Source: Malacoraja senta (Eukaryota). From it: a DNA stretch of 64,000 bases. Position numbers and translations under genes: made by a program. The notes beneath the pieces were generated by a model. It saw only the letters and a program-made list of their open reading frames with translations. It made no database searches and was not told where the DNA came from. Below are positions 40,464-53,420 of this stretch, piece by piece (position 1 is the first letter of the stretch; the number at the start of each line of letters is the position of its first letter). The stretch is from the NCBI GenBank assembly GCA_038087875.1, contig CM076000.1:1302001-1366000 (forward strand). Reading direction: 5' to 3'.

Positions 40464-41646
40464 CATAGATACATAGATACATAGAAATTAGGTGCAGGAG
40501 TAGGCCATTCGGCCCTTCGAGCCTGCACCGCCATTCAATACGATCATGGCTGATCATCCAACTCAGTATCCCGTACCTGCCTTCTCTCCATACCCCCTGA
40601 TCCCTTTAGCCACAAGGGCCACATCTAATTCCCTCTTAAATATAGCCAATGAACTGGCCTCAACTACCCTCTGTGGCAGAGAGTTCCAGAGATTCACCAC
40701 TCTCTGTGTGAAAAAGTTTTTCCTCATCTCGGTCTTAAAGGATTTTCCCCTTATCCTTAAGCTGTGACCCCTTGTCCTGGACTTCCCCAACATCGGGAAC
40801 AATCTTCCTGCATCTAGCCTGTCCAACCCCATAAGAATCTTGTACGTTTCTATAAGATCCCCTCTCAATCTCCTAAATTCTAGCGAGTATAAGCCAAGTC
40901 TATCCAGTCTTTCTTCATATGAAAGTCCTGACATCCCAGGAATCAGTCTGGTGAACCTTCTCTGCACTCCCTCTATGGCTATAATGTCCTTCCTCAGATT
41001 TGGAGACCAAAACTGTACGCAATACTCCAGGTGTGGTCTCACCAAGACCCTGTACAACTGCAGTAGAACCTCACTGCTCCTATACTCAAATCCTCTTGCT
41101 ATGAAGGCCAACATACCATTCGCTTTCTTCACTGCCTGCTGCACCTGCATGCCTACTTTCAATGACTGGTGTACCATGACACCCAGGTCTCGCTGCATCT
41201 CCCCATTTCCTAATCGGCCACCATTTAGATAATAGTCTGCCTTCCCGTTTTTGCTACCAAAGTGGATAACCTCACATTTATCCACATTATACTGCATCTG
41301 CCAAACATTTGCCCACTCACCCAGCCTATCCAAGTCACCTTGCAGTCTCCTAGCATCCTCCTCACAGCTAACACTGCCCCCCAGCTTAGTGTCATCCGCA
41401 AACTTGGAGATGTTGCTTTCAATTCCCTCGTCCAGATCATTAATATAAATTGTAAATAGCTGGGGTCCCAGCACTGAGCCTTGTGGTACCCCACTAGTCA
41501 CTGCCTGCCATTGTGAAAAGGACCCGTTTACTCCTACTCTTTGCTTCCTGTTTGCCAGCCAGTTCTCTATCCACATCAATACTGAACCCCCAATACCGTG
41601 TGATTTAAGTTTGTATCCTAATCTCTTATGTGGTACCTTGTCGAAA
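40464..41646 (-). mobile_element. Young 5'-truncated CR1 LINE with an uninterrupted RT frame
   Basis: About 360 codons open (AFDKVPH...FADDTKL...GYGEKAGTGY*). (ACATAGAT)n tail. TSD GCATTA at 40458-40463 and 41647-41652. Confidence 0.95.
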
Positions 41647-41838
41647 GCATTAGAAGAATTTTTTGATAAAAAGCACATCGCAATCCGTTTTGCATTCTTC
41701 CTCATAGTGCAGAATGTTTCTGAAACATTGACTGTTAATATGCGCAGTTATATCACTCTGCCTTGATACCTGCATAAAGTGCAAATGAAAGACTATTTTA
41801 CAGATGGAATTATAGTCGGTCTGACAAAAACAACAAAC

Positions 41839-41952
41839 CTTGAAAACATGGCATGCTTTGCAAATTCAATTTCATCCGAGGGCACAGTCACCATTTGACC
41901 TGTCAGAGTCAGTCTGCTACATCTCGGATCCTCAGGGTTAATGAGATTTTGC
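41839..41952 (-). CDS. CREG2: CREG2 exon 3
   Basis: cgcag|G CAA...TCA AG|gtttgt; 114 nt. Translates QNLINPEDPRCSRLTLTGQMVTVPSDEIEFAKHAMFS(R). Confidence 0.95.
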
Positions 41953-42500
41953 CTGCGCACAGATAAGATATAGCAAGTGAATATACAACAACAAAATAAC
42001 TCGCAGATTAACCAAGATAACACACTTGCGTTGGGACTATCTCATCTTGCCTCATGAGATTTTCATGCAGATTGCATTCTAGATCAATAAACATTAGACT
42101 TTTGATTGTCTCTAAAGAAACATCAATTCTTGATGGGAAAGCCAGCCTGACAGCAGTTGGATTTCCAGAATTTCTCCCATCAGCACTCAGATAATTCCCA
42201 AACTATTTCCTGTCTATTTTAGATAATCTCGGCATTTTTTTGTGTTGTAATCTAGTTATTTCATATACCACACAGCAAATTTAGAATTTATTTTGCAACT
42301 TTGAACTGGTTTTGAGCTGTTCTGCTGATTCCTTTCCAGTTCATTGTCTCTGCTGGTTTCTTCCTGTTTCCTGCAACTATCATTCATCTTCCAGTGGAAT
42401 GATTTGGACAAACATCACACACTGCTTCCCTCCGCCCATCAGTCTAAAGAAAGGTCCCCACTCAAAATATATATATATATATATTTTTTCCTCTCTCTCT

Positions 42501-45500
42501 TTTTTTTTTTCCTTTTCAAAAACTTTATTCGACACAATCATATGATACAACACATCAATACATAATCAAAAAATACATTATATCAAAACAAATCATTATA
42601 TTACAACAGTACATTCATTATTTACGATACTCTCAACCCCACGTGGTGACCAGCGCCCACGGAAGGCCTCCAGAGTCCCCGTGGACACCGCGTGTTCCCT
42701 CTCCAGGGACACCCGTGCACGGACGTACGCCCTGAAGAGGGGCAGGCAGCCAACTCTAGCCTCACCATCGACCGCCCGCTGCCTGGACCCGCGAATGGCC
42801 ATCTTGGCCAAGCCCAGGAACAAACCGACAGGGAGGTCCCGCCCCCCCACTTGGCTCTCCCCACACCCTGCCTTGTGCCCAAACACTAGAATCGTGGGAC
42901 TAAAATGCAACCAGAACTTGAGGAACAACCCCTTCAGATATTGGTACAGGGGCAGTAGCCTCGCACACTCCATGTACACGTGGAACACGGTCTCTTCCTC
43001 GCCACAGAAAATACACGCGGCGGACGAGCCCATGAACCTACTCAAAAGTTTATTACAAACCACCGCTCCGTGCAACAGTCTCCACCCCAGGTCCCCAATG
43101 TAAAGAGGGATAACTCCCTTATAGAAGGACCCCCACTGGGGACCTCCCCCGCCTTCAGGTGGTAACACCGTCCGCCATGGTGTGTCGACACCCGCCATGA
43201 CTGGGCGAGGACCGGCCACTCCCGCAGCCGCAACATCCCCCTCCCCTCGTGGAGCAACACGCTGGCTGAAAACAGCCAAATTCCTCACTCTGAGCACATC
43301 CCGGTAGAAAACAGGCAAACCCCTTAGGACGATTCGACTGATGCCCGCCACCGGGAGCCGGGAGACCCCCCCCCCCCCCCCCAGGCAACGACCCAGACGA
43401 AAAAAGTACGTGGCCAGAGCGTGCCATCTGGGGGGGTTCTCTACGTACATATTCCTGAGACGGAGAGAGCCGCCACCTGGGTACGCACGCATACCAAGGA
43501 CTGACCACCCTCCTCTAACGGGAGACTCAGGACCGCTGCAGAGACCCAGTGCTTCCTATTTCCCCAGAAGAAATCTACCAGCTTCTTCTGTAGAGCATTT
43601 ACAAATATGGAAGGTGGGACAAGAGTAGCCAGCTGGTACCATAACATAGAGGCCACCAGCTGATTTATGACCAGCACCCTCCCCTGAAAGGAAAGAACTC
43701 CAAGCAGGCCCGACCAGCGCCCCAGTCGGGCAACCACATTCGTCTCCAACTCCTGCCAGTTCGCCGGCCAAGCATCCTCAGTGGGACTCAGGTAAACCCC
43801 CAGATAGAGGAGATGTGTGGTGCTCCACACATACCTTGCCATCTCCTCCGGCAGGGAATCCACCTGCCACTGACCCACTAAAAGACCAGAGCACTTACTC
43901 CAGTTAATCCTGGCAGAAGATGCAGCTGAGAAAATCTCCTGGCAGTCACGCATCCTCCGCAGGTCACCAGGATCAGTGAACATAAGAAGTACATCATCTG
44001 CATAAGCCGAAAGAACCACCTCCACCCCCGGGCCAGGCCAGTCAAGGTGGGAAGGTGTGCTTCCTCTGAAGAAGACACAGGAACGGCTCCACACAGACCG
44101 AGTACAACTGACCCGACATGGGGCACCCCTGACGGACCCCCCTCCCAAAATAAAAGGGAGCCAACAACGCACCATTAACCTTCACAAGGCACTCCGCTGC
44201 AGCGTACAAAAGCCGGACCCGGGCCACAAAATGCGGTCCAATTCCAAACGCTTGCAACGTCCCGAATAGGTAATCATGCTCTACCCTATCAAAAGCCTTC
44301 TCCTGATCAAGAGAACTGAAAAGCAGCTGACTGACCAGTACCCTGAGCTAGATGAATCAGGTCCCGAACCAGGTGGATGTTACCCTGAATGGACCGGCCA
44401 GGGACTGTATAGCACTGGTCAGGATGAATCATTTGAGACAGCACAGAGCCCAGGCGATTTGCCATTGCCCGTGCAAATACTTTATACTCTGTACATAGGA
44501 GAGAGACCGGTCTCCAGTTCTTCAACAAGCGGAGTTCGCCCTTCTTGGGCAGCAAGACAACTGCCCTGCAGCATGAGAGGGGCATCTCCCCGGTCACCCA
44601 GACTCTCCCCCAGAACCAACATGTAATCACCCCCCAGGATATCCCAGAAAGCTCTGACAAACTCTACCGTCAACCCATCCAGCCCGGGGGACTTACCCTT
44701 CCTGAGCTGATACAATGCACGAGTCAACTCCTCCAAAGATAAGGGGCCATCAAGAAGATCGGCCACCTCCCTATCAACAGTCGGTAGACCCTCCCACAAG
44801 TCCTGCTGAGCCTCCCCGCTGAATCCACCTGCGGAGAACAGGGACCCATAAAAGGACCTGACCACAGCACTAATCCTCTCCGGATCAGTGACAGAGGAGC
44901 CATCATCTGCGAGCAGCTCTACGAGCTGTTTGCGTGCTCCCCGCCCTTTCTCCAGAGAGAAAAAGAAAGGCGAAGCTCGGTCCAGATCTTGCATCATCTG
45001 GACCTGCGACCTCACGAAAGCGCCTCGGGACCGCTCAAGCAGCAGGTTCCTCAAGGCTTCCTTCTTCTCCTGAAACTCTCCCCATTCACAGGAGTCGTCA
45101 CCAACCCGACCCAGGCGAGACTCTGCGTCCAGTAGCTCCCTCTCAAGCCTCTTGACCGCTGAGTCCCGCCGTCCGGTCGACCGCCACGTATACTCCTTAC
45201 AAAAGAGACGGATGTGAGCCTTCCCCACATCCCACCACTGCTTAAGGGAAGAGAAGCACCTCTGCCTCTCTCTCCACTTCACCCAAAACCGACTGAATGA
45301 CTCCCGGAAACACCGATCCTCCAGCAGCCGGTAATTAAAGTGCCAGTACGCGGACCCAGCCCGAGTGCGCGCCGGATTAAAGTCCACACGCACCAGACAG
45401 TGGTCCGAACATGGCACCAACCGCATTGAGGCCGCTGAGACACGGGAAACAAACGCTCGGGAAATGTATATTCGATCAATACGGGAACCACCTCCCTCAG

Positions 45501-48500
45501 ACCTCCGCGAAAAAGCAGTGGAATCCGGGTGGAGGTTCCGCCACGCATCAACCAACTCAAAGGAGTCAATCAACCCTCTCAGCTTCTTCGCTACAGCAGG
45601 GGCACACTGAGTACCAGAACGGTCTCGCGCCTCAAGTGTGCAATTAAAGTCCCCACCAAGGAAGACACACTCTCCCCTATCAATAGTGCTAAACAGAGCA
45701 GTCACCTCCAGAATTAGGCTGGCCTGCATCGTACCGGAGCTAGGGGCATACACGTTAATGAAATGCAACGGTATGCCATCCAGGCTCACGGCCAGATGGA
45801 GCAAACGTCCTGGCACAACTTCTTGCACTTTTGGAACATTTGGCAGGAAATTCTGGGCCAACAGAAAGGCCACCCCACTCGAATTCGAGCTGAGATGGCT
45901 CATGTAGACCCCCCCTTCCCACTCCAGTCTCCAGGTAGGTTCATCACTAACAACGGTATGCGTCTCCTGCAGAAAACACACTGCAAATCTCCCCTCTTTA
46001 AGGACTGATAAAAGCTGAAATCTACAAAAACTCGCTCTACTCCCGTTTAAGTTTAATGTTGCTACTGTGAATGTGCAGGCACACTAGATTGATACCCTCA
46101 CACTCCCCGTAGACTCAAAAACTCTCGCTCTGAGGAACTCCAAAAAGTCCCCAAACTGGCTCTTCTCAGAGTCAGGAAGATCACTATCCTTGTTGCCAAT
46201 GATAGCCTCGAGAGTCTTAATCAAAACTGGCAGATCAGCCCACCGTCTTTTAGCAGCATCCATTCTTGTTCTGCTGGTACTGCTTATTTTTAGGAATTCT
46301 CGAACCTCACGTATATCACTTGCATGAGACTCGGCCTTGGAGCCTGGGCACTCGGCCAACGCACTCGCACCTGAAACAACAAGCTCAACACCACAATGGT
46401 CAAGGTTGTTGTCAGAAATCGAAAGACCAGAACTCTCTGAAAGTTCGTTAACTCCACTACTCAAACTGGCCTTATCACTCTCCACCTCCTCCAGCAAGAC
46501 ACCACCCCCAGGATCAATGCCGGGGAAGGGTCCGGCAACCCCTGACTGCAACAGGCAGCCCACTGAATGGCTGGGCACCTGCACTCTACCATCACCCTCT
46601 ACGTCTGGGCCTGGGGAAGAAAAAACACGAGGCACCCCCAGGGCCTGTGATACACTGGCACCCCCGGAATCTGAAAGGAGATCACCACCCGAAATAGCCC
46701 CGACCTCCACAGCACCTATAGCATCCCCTCCATTGGCAACACCCAGAGGCTCTCTACTTTCTTTTAAACTCTCCCCTGCCAACTCAGCCTGCGAGGCATC
46801 ACACCCCCATTACCTCCACTGGCTCTGATGAGGAGCACAGACTGGTATACCAATGCCCCCGACCCACCCCCCTCGGGCTGACTCTGCTCATCCCCCGTCT
46901 CAGGGGGCACACTACCAGGGGAGCTTACCCCATCATCTGGCGTGCCAACACCCTCAGTAGGTCTCTGAAACGAGGGGACCTGCTCCGACCCAGAGGACAC
47001 ACACCCAGGGGAGCTAACCTCAACACCCGTTGAGATAACTCCCTCGGAGGGCCCCTGAGATGAAGGGACATCCACCCGCCCAGAGGACACAACTCCAGAG
47101 GAATCAACCCCAGCACCTGGTCTTGTAATCCCCGCGGAAGATCCCTGAAATGGAGGCTCAACCTTCAACCTGGAAGACACCAGTTCTTGACCACCAACCA
47201 CATCAGTGGTGGAAGGTCTCGAAAAAGTCATCCCCCTAACTTTGGACTCACGCCCTCGCTCTTCCTCGCCAGGCCTATACCTCCTTTTTGTCCCACTAGC
47301 ATGCGGCGGTACGGTGACCTTCATAAAGGAAGGGTCTTCCTCCTCCACACTACCCCCAGCCACTTTACCACCCGCACGATTTACCATCCCTACCCCCGTC
47401 TGAACCACCTCAGCTCCTTGCTGTGCCATGGCAAGTGCACTCTGGACCTCTCTGGAGCTGACAGGCGCCCCTTGGGTGGTCTCAGATTGCGTTTGACTCG
47501 CTTGGGTGGGCTTCTTCTTCTGCTGCTGCTCCCATTTCCCCTCCCCCTCTTCACCCTCCCCCTGCGCTTCACCATCAACCACCACCACAGGTTCAGGACG
47601 TAGGGGGCGGGGGCCATCTCTGCCCCAGGTCCCCAAGGCGGAACTTGCAGCCCCAGATGGGCTATCACTGCCGCCCTGGATCACCGAGGCAGAGCTAGCA
47701 GCCCTAGCCAGGTCAGCAGTACCACCCCGTGCCACCGAGGCATGATGAGCCACCCCGGATGGGCCAGCAGTGCAATCCTGGGCCGCTGCGCTAGAACTTC
47801 TAGCAGCGACCCCGTGAAGAAGACACTCCCTACGGAGATGTCCAAATTCTCCGCATGCATGACACCGTGCCTTTCCCAAACTCCAACGCATGGTTCTAGG
47901 GAAACCCTTACACTCCACCTCGAAGCTCCCCTCCGCGCCTTCGCCCTCACCCACCTTCATAAACACCCTCCTCTTGAAACTGAAGATCCCTTTTTCCTCC
48001 GGGTCCCCCCCGGGGTGCATGAGCCTAAAGCACTTAGACCGCACCTCCCCAAACTTAGACAGGTGTGGAATAAGTGTTGCATCCGGAATACATGTGGGGC
48101 AACTCCGCAGGAGAACCGGTCTCACCCTGGATACCCACGGATCCACCTGTATGTGGACCCCCCCACTGAGATCCCCCTCTCCAACGCTATGGCCACATCC
48201 TCCCGGGTCTTCAGTATCATCTCCACCTTTCCTCTTTCGAGCTCGGAAGAGACAATAGCCCGCCTCCCAAGAAGGTCATTCATGGCCTTTGTAATTGCTC
48301 CCCTGGACATCTGGGGCCCAGTTTGGACCGAGATACCAAAACTGTCCCAATCCAAGTCAACATAAGGCTCATACTCAGATGGCCTTGCATCCACCGCTGA
48401 TACCACCACTGCGTAGCTCTGGTCCTTCTGCCGCGCCCCAGCCATCGCCATCCTGACAGAGGCACAAACCAGCTCCAGGCACCCCAGCAGCTCAGCTCCA

Positions 48501-48966
48501 AGTCAAGTCCCAGAGACAGTCACAGTCAAAGACAAGAAGCAGAAATCAGAAGCCTCCAGCTGAAGCAGGAAAGTCCCCAAGTACGTCCACAGCCGAGAGC
48601 AGCTTTTGGGAAGCTCTATCCCAGTCTTGCCGGAAGCAAAAGTACCATCTTCACATTAAGCCAGGCAGCCGCACTGTGCAAAATGACTTTAGGGCAGAGG
48701 AACGGTGCTAAAAACGACAAAAACACCACAATCTTCGTACCCTCGATCTCCAGGCACTCTTGGCAGTCAGCCAACGACAACCGCACCCTCGACAATGTAG
48801 AGAAAGCTCAGGAATTTTCACACTCGTGGAGGATTCCTAGAGCAGAGGAAAGTTTCAACAGTCCAACGATAAGATAAACTATGAAGCCCCTCTGCCTCTG
48901 TTCCTTCTCCATCGACAAAATCCTTGAAAGGCTGCTTCAAACCTTCTCAACTGCAGAGCTGAAAAA
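42501..48966 (-). mobile_element. Full-length Tx1-clade LINE (ORF1 + ORF2), frameshifted, inserted in (TC)n
   Basis: ORF1 pieces with CCHC knuckle CHACGEFGHLRREC. ORF2 pieces with APE (FLQETH, GGDFNC, SDH), RT (AYADD) and CIFCGEEETVFHVYMEC. AATAAA at 42524-42529 plus poly(A). TC repeats on both flanks. Confidence 0.92.
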
Positions 48967-49105
48967 TCTCTCTCTCTCTCTCCCCTCTCTCTCCCCTCTC
49001 TCTCCCCTCTCTCTCCCCCCCTTCTCTCTCCCTTCTCTCTCCCTTCTCTCTCCCTTCTCTCTCCCTTCTCTCTCTCTCTCCCCTCTCTCTCCCCCCTCCC
49101 CCCCC
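48967..49105. repeat. (TC)n / CT-rich microsatellite
   Basis: Directly visible. Confidence 0.95.
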
Positions 49106-51639
49106 GACATAGCTGCTGCCTCACCCGCTGAGTTTCTCCAGCATTTTTGTCTACCTTCGACATTTCCAGCATCTGCAGTACTTTCTTAACAACATTTGCA
49201 GTGTCAACTAAAAACAAAATCACTCATGGTCCTCCTTGCGTACCTCACTTAAATACCTCCTTTGTTTTGGCAGTATCATTTGTTGACACACTATTCGATT
49301 CCACCTACAAATTAATAGGATTCTGCCCTCCTCTGCATCACTTATCTGCCCTGAAACTGTTTATCCCACATAATTTTTCAATTTCAAATAATATGCCCTT
49401 ATTCCCTTTTTTTTCTCATCATCCCCATCCACCCACGTCCCTCCGTTGCTTTATATTTCACCCCTCCCTACCTCTCATTATCTGATATCCTTTTCTTTTC
49501 ACCTCTAGACTTTGTCACTTAATGCACCCGGTTGCCAATCAACCCCCCCCACTGTAATCTACCTAACATTTGCCAGGCTTTGTCCCACCCCCACTGCTCT
49601 TTTCAAGCTTTCTTACCCTCACTACAATCAGTCCCAAAAGCAGTGTCTCAACCCAAAATGTCGCCTATCCACTCCCTCGCCAGATGCTGCCTGACCTTCT
49701 GAGCTCCTCCTCCTGTGCATTGCCCAAGATTCCAGCATCTGCAGTCACTTCTGTCTCCATCCCATTCAATGTTTTTGATGAGACCTCTTCAACTAAACAT
49801 CAGAGTCATCATCTCAGCCCCAAATACAAAACTTCCTCCCAATGAATCCCAATCAATGGTCAAGCCTATCATTTAATTTTTAATCATCAAATACCATGTT
49901 TATCACAGCCATAATAACATTTGAAATGGAAGCAGGATTAGGCTATTTGTCTCCTCATATCTGCTCTGCCATTCAGTAAGGTCATGGATGATCTTTTAGC
50001 TCAATGCACTTTTCCTGTACAAACCCTGTATTACTTGATTCCCTTAACAACCATGACATACTCAATGCTTGACCCTCCATAGGTAGAGAATTGTAAAGAT
50101 TCAGTCCTCTCTGTACAAAAAAAACGTTTTCTTATTTCATTCCTGAATGGCTTACCCTTATTTTGTGACTATAACTCATTGCTCTGGAAACCCTGACCAG
50201 AGTAGGCATTGTAGAGACACAAGAGACTGCTGATGCTCGAATCTAGAGCAAAAAAACAAACTGCTGGAGGAATTTAGCAGGCCGAGCAGCATCTGTCCTG
50301 ATGCAGTGTCTTGACGTGAAACTTTGACTACACTCTTGCCTCCACAGATATTGTTTGACCTGCTGAGTCTCTCCAACTGCTTCACTTATGCAGGGGAAGC
50401 ACTGTCCCTATGTTACGCAGTCAGGCCAAGTGAAAATGTTGCGTGTTTCAGTCCAATTACCTTTCATTCTTCTCAACTTAAGAGGATATGCAAAAGGTAT
50501 GGAAGTGTGATAATGCACAACACCAGATCTGACCAGTTTCTTCCCAGTTGTTATCAAGCAACATAATCATTCTACCACAACCAGAGAGCAGTGCTGAACT
50601 ACTATCTAGTTCTTTGGTGGCCCTCAGACTATCCTTGATCAGACTCAGCTAGTTTTACCTTGCACTAAACATTTTTCCTTATCGTGTATCTATACACTGT
50701 AAATGGATCGATTGTAAGGATGTATTGTCTTTCTGCTGACTGGTTAGCACGCAACAAAAGCTTTTCACTGTACCTCAATAAACTAAACTATATGCAGTTA
50801 ATCTTCTTAATCTTTCCTCTTACGTCCTTTTTTCCTTCACAAAAATCGATCCAATAAGCTCTTGTACTCCCTCCAACATGTCTATCTTCAGGCAGTGAGA
50901 TGATATTCCTGATGAGATCTCGCTGGGCACTTACATAATTTCAGCAAGATGGCTTTACTCCTGTACTCAAATTATTTTGCAAATAAACGGTCAATGTACA
51001 ATTTGCGTTCCTAACTACTTGCTGTACCTGCACATTCAAATCTGGATATAAAGACACCCAGTTGTCTCTGACCTCCACCCACTTTCAATTTCTGACCATT
51101 TAAAAAATGCTCCGCCTTCTGATTTTTTTTTCTACCAATTGGATGGCGTCACATTTTTCCGTGTAATGTTGCATCTGCCTCTCCTCACTTGCTCCACAGT
51201 GCAACATCTCGAATGTAGCTGTGTGTTTAAATACTTCTGTTTCATCAACTCTCTATCTCTGGACACTGCACTGACTGGCTTCTTGTGATCGCCCATTATG
51301 TGCTATTCATGTGCAGTACTTTCAGATAGGATCTTTAGGATCTCCTCTCTTCCTGACCAACTTTGTCTCCCTGCCTAATTGAACTATGCAGTGACAGGGT
51401 ATATATTAATATGTCAAGGGCTCTACCTTTTGCACTTGAGTTTGGTTTGATTGTATTCATATATACTAATTTCTGATTTGATAGGATAGCACACAAGACA
51501 TAAACCTAATCTATAAAGGGAAAGGTATTGTTACTGATATATTGCATTCTTTAAATGGAAGATAGACTTTTTATTACAAATTATGACTATTCTCCCACTA
51601 AATTCTTATTAAATGACACGAAGAATAACACATCTTAAA

Positions 51640-52261
51640 AACATAGAAAATAGGTGCAGGTATAGGCGATTCGGCCCTTCGAGCCAGCACCGCCATTCAA
51701 TATGATCAAGACTGATCATCCAAAATCAGTACCCTGTTACGTTTTTTCCCCCGTATCCCTTGATTCTCTTAGTCCTAAGAGTTAAATCTAACTCACTCTT
51801 GAAAACATCCAGTGAATTGGCCTCCACTGCCTTCTGTGGCAGAGAATTCCACAGATTCACAACTCTCTGGGTGAAAAGGTTTTTCCTCATCTCAGTCCTA
51901 AATGGCCTACCCCTTATTCTTAAACTGTGACCCTGGTTCTGGACTCCCCCAACATCGGGAACACTTTTCCTGCATCTACCCTGTCCAATCCTGTAAGAGT
52001 TTTATATGTTTCTATTCTATAAGATCTCCTCTCATCCTTCTAAATTCCAGCGAATATAAGCCCAGTCGACCCATTCTTTCATCGTACGTCAGTCCCACCA
52101 TCCCGGGAATTAACCTGGTGAACCTACGCTGCACTCCCTCAAAAGCAATAATGTCCTTCCTCAAATTAGACCAAAATTGCACACAATTCTCCAGGTGCAG
52201 TCTCAGCAGGGTCCTGTACAACTCCAGTAGGACCTCCTTGCTCCTAAACTCAAATCCTCTC
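51640..52261 (-). mobile_element. CR1 LINE 3' fragment
   Basis: LENCVQFWSNLRKD..RRFTRLIPGM motif. Confidence 0.9.
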
Positions 52262-52661
52262 GTTGAACTCTGTTATTTGAAGTATGAGAGTAGCAATCAC
52301 AGACAATGAACAACATTACTACGTTGCTGGATAGATGGTAAGATTACTCTTAAAGGCTGATCAGACATCACCCAAAACCCCCCCAAATCATTAAGTTGGT
52401 ACATCCTTTCTTTAATAAATTGCTATATTTTACCTAGACTGCCACTTGCTTGAAAGAATTTGCCATTTCCCATGGATGAGCACTGTTAAAAACCTCAGGC
52501 TCCCAGTGGAAACAAAGAGATTGTCAGGATAGATGAGTGGGAAATGGAACAAGGAGGGGAAAATTGTTGGAAAAGAGGGGTTGGGGGAGGGGTGGGGGGG
52601 GGGGGAGAGGAGGAGGGAGAGGGAGAGGGGGAGGGGTCAACAGAGAAAGAGATGGACATAC

Positions 52662-52831
52662 CTGCAGTAATTTGGCTCAGCTTCTGATAATGTTAAAGAA
52701 ACGCTGGAATTATTCATGAGATCCTCAACAATTCTGTCATGCCGACTGACGTAAAATAACGGAGCACCAGTACTGTTGTCTGGGGAGCCATCGCTGATCA
52801 TGAAAATGTTTCCAAATGGCAGTCCTTTGAT
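52662..52831 (-). CDS. CREG2: CREG2 exon 2
   Basis: ttctag|ATC AAA...TGC AG|gtatgt; 170 nt. Translates IKGLPFGNIFMISDGSPDNSTGAPLFYVSRHDRIVEDLMNNSSVSLTLSEAEPNYC(R), a CREG-family sequence. Confidence 0.93.
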
Positions 52832-52904
52832 CTAGAAACAAGTTTACATTCATGTTAAATCCATAGAAAAGATTAATTCTTACTTCAACACCTCAGTAAC
52901 CACG

Positions 52905-53420
52905 GGACATGCAGCCTCTCTGGAGAGAAGGAATAGGTGACGTTTCGGGTCAAGATCCTTCATCAGACTCAGGGGGAAGAGGGAAGCGAGAGGTATGGAA
53001 TGGTAAAGTGTGAAAACAAGAGGTCAAAGGGGGTGAAGATCAAGGAAAATGTAGAATAAACCATTGTTAACTAGAGGAAGCTGACAACGAGGCATATAAA
53101 GTAAAATTTAGTCAAGAGGACAGTCAAACTAGTCGGAGAACTAGGATGGGGGAAGGATGGAGAGAGAGGGAAAGCAAGGGTTACGTGAAGTTAGAGAAGT
53201 AATTATTCATACCACTGGGTTGTAAGCTGCCCAAGCAATATATGAGGTGGTGTTCCTCCAATTTGCGTTGGGCCTGACTCTGCCAGTGGAGGAGGCCCAG
53301 GACAGAAAGGTCATTATGGAATGGGAGGGGGAGTTAACGTGTTTAGCAACCGGGAGATCATGTAGTTCTAGGCAGACTAAATGGAGGTCTTCAGCAAAAC
53401 TATGACGAGCCTACGCTTTT
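52905..53420 (-). mobile_element. Penelope-like element 3' remnant
   Basis: GIY-YIG C-terminal-like coding remnant followed by a pseudo-LTR carrying a CTGATGA...GAAACGTC motif. Confidence 0.75.
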
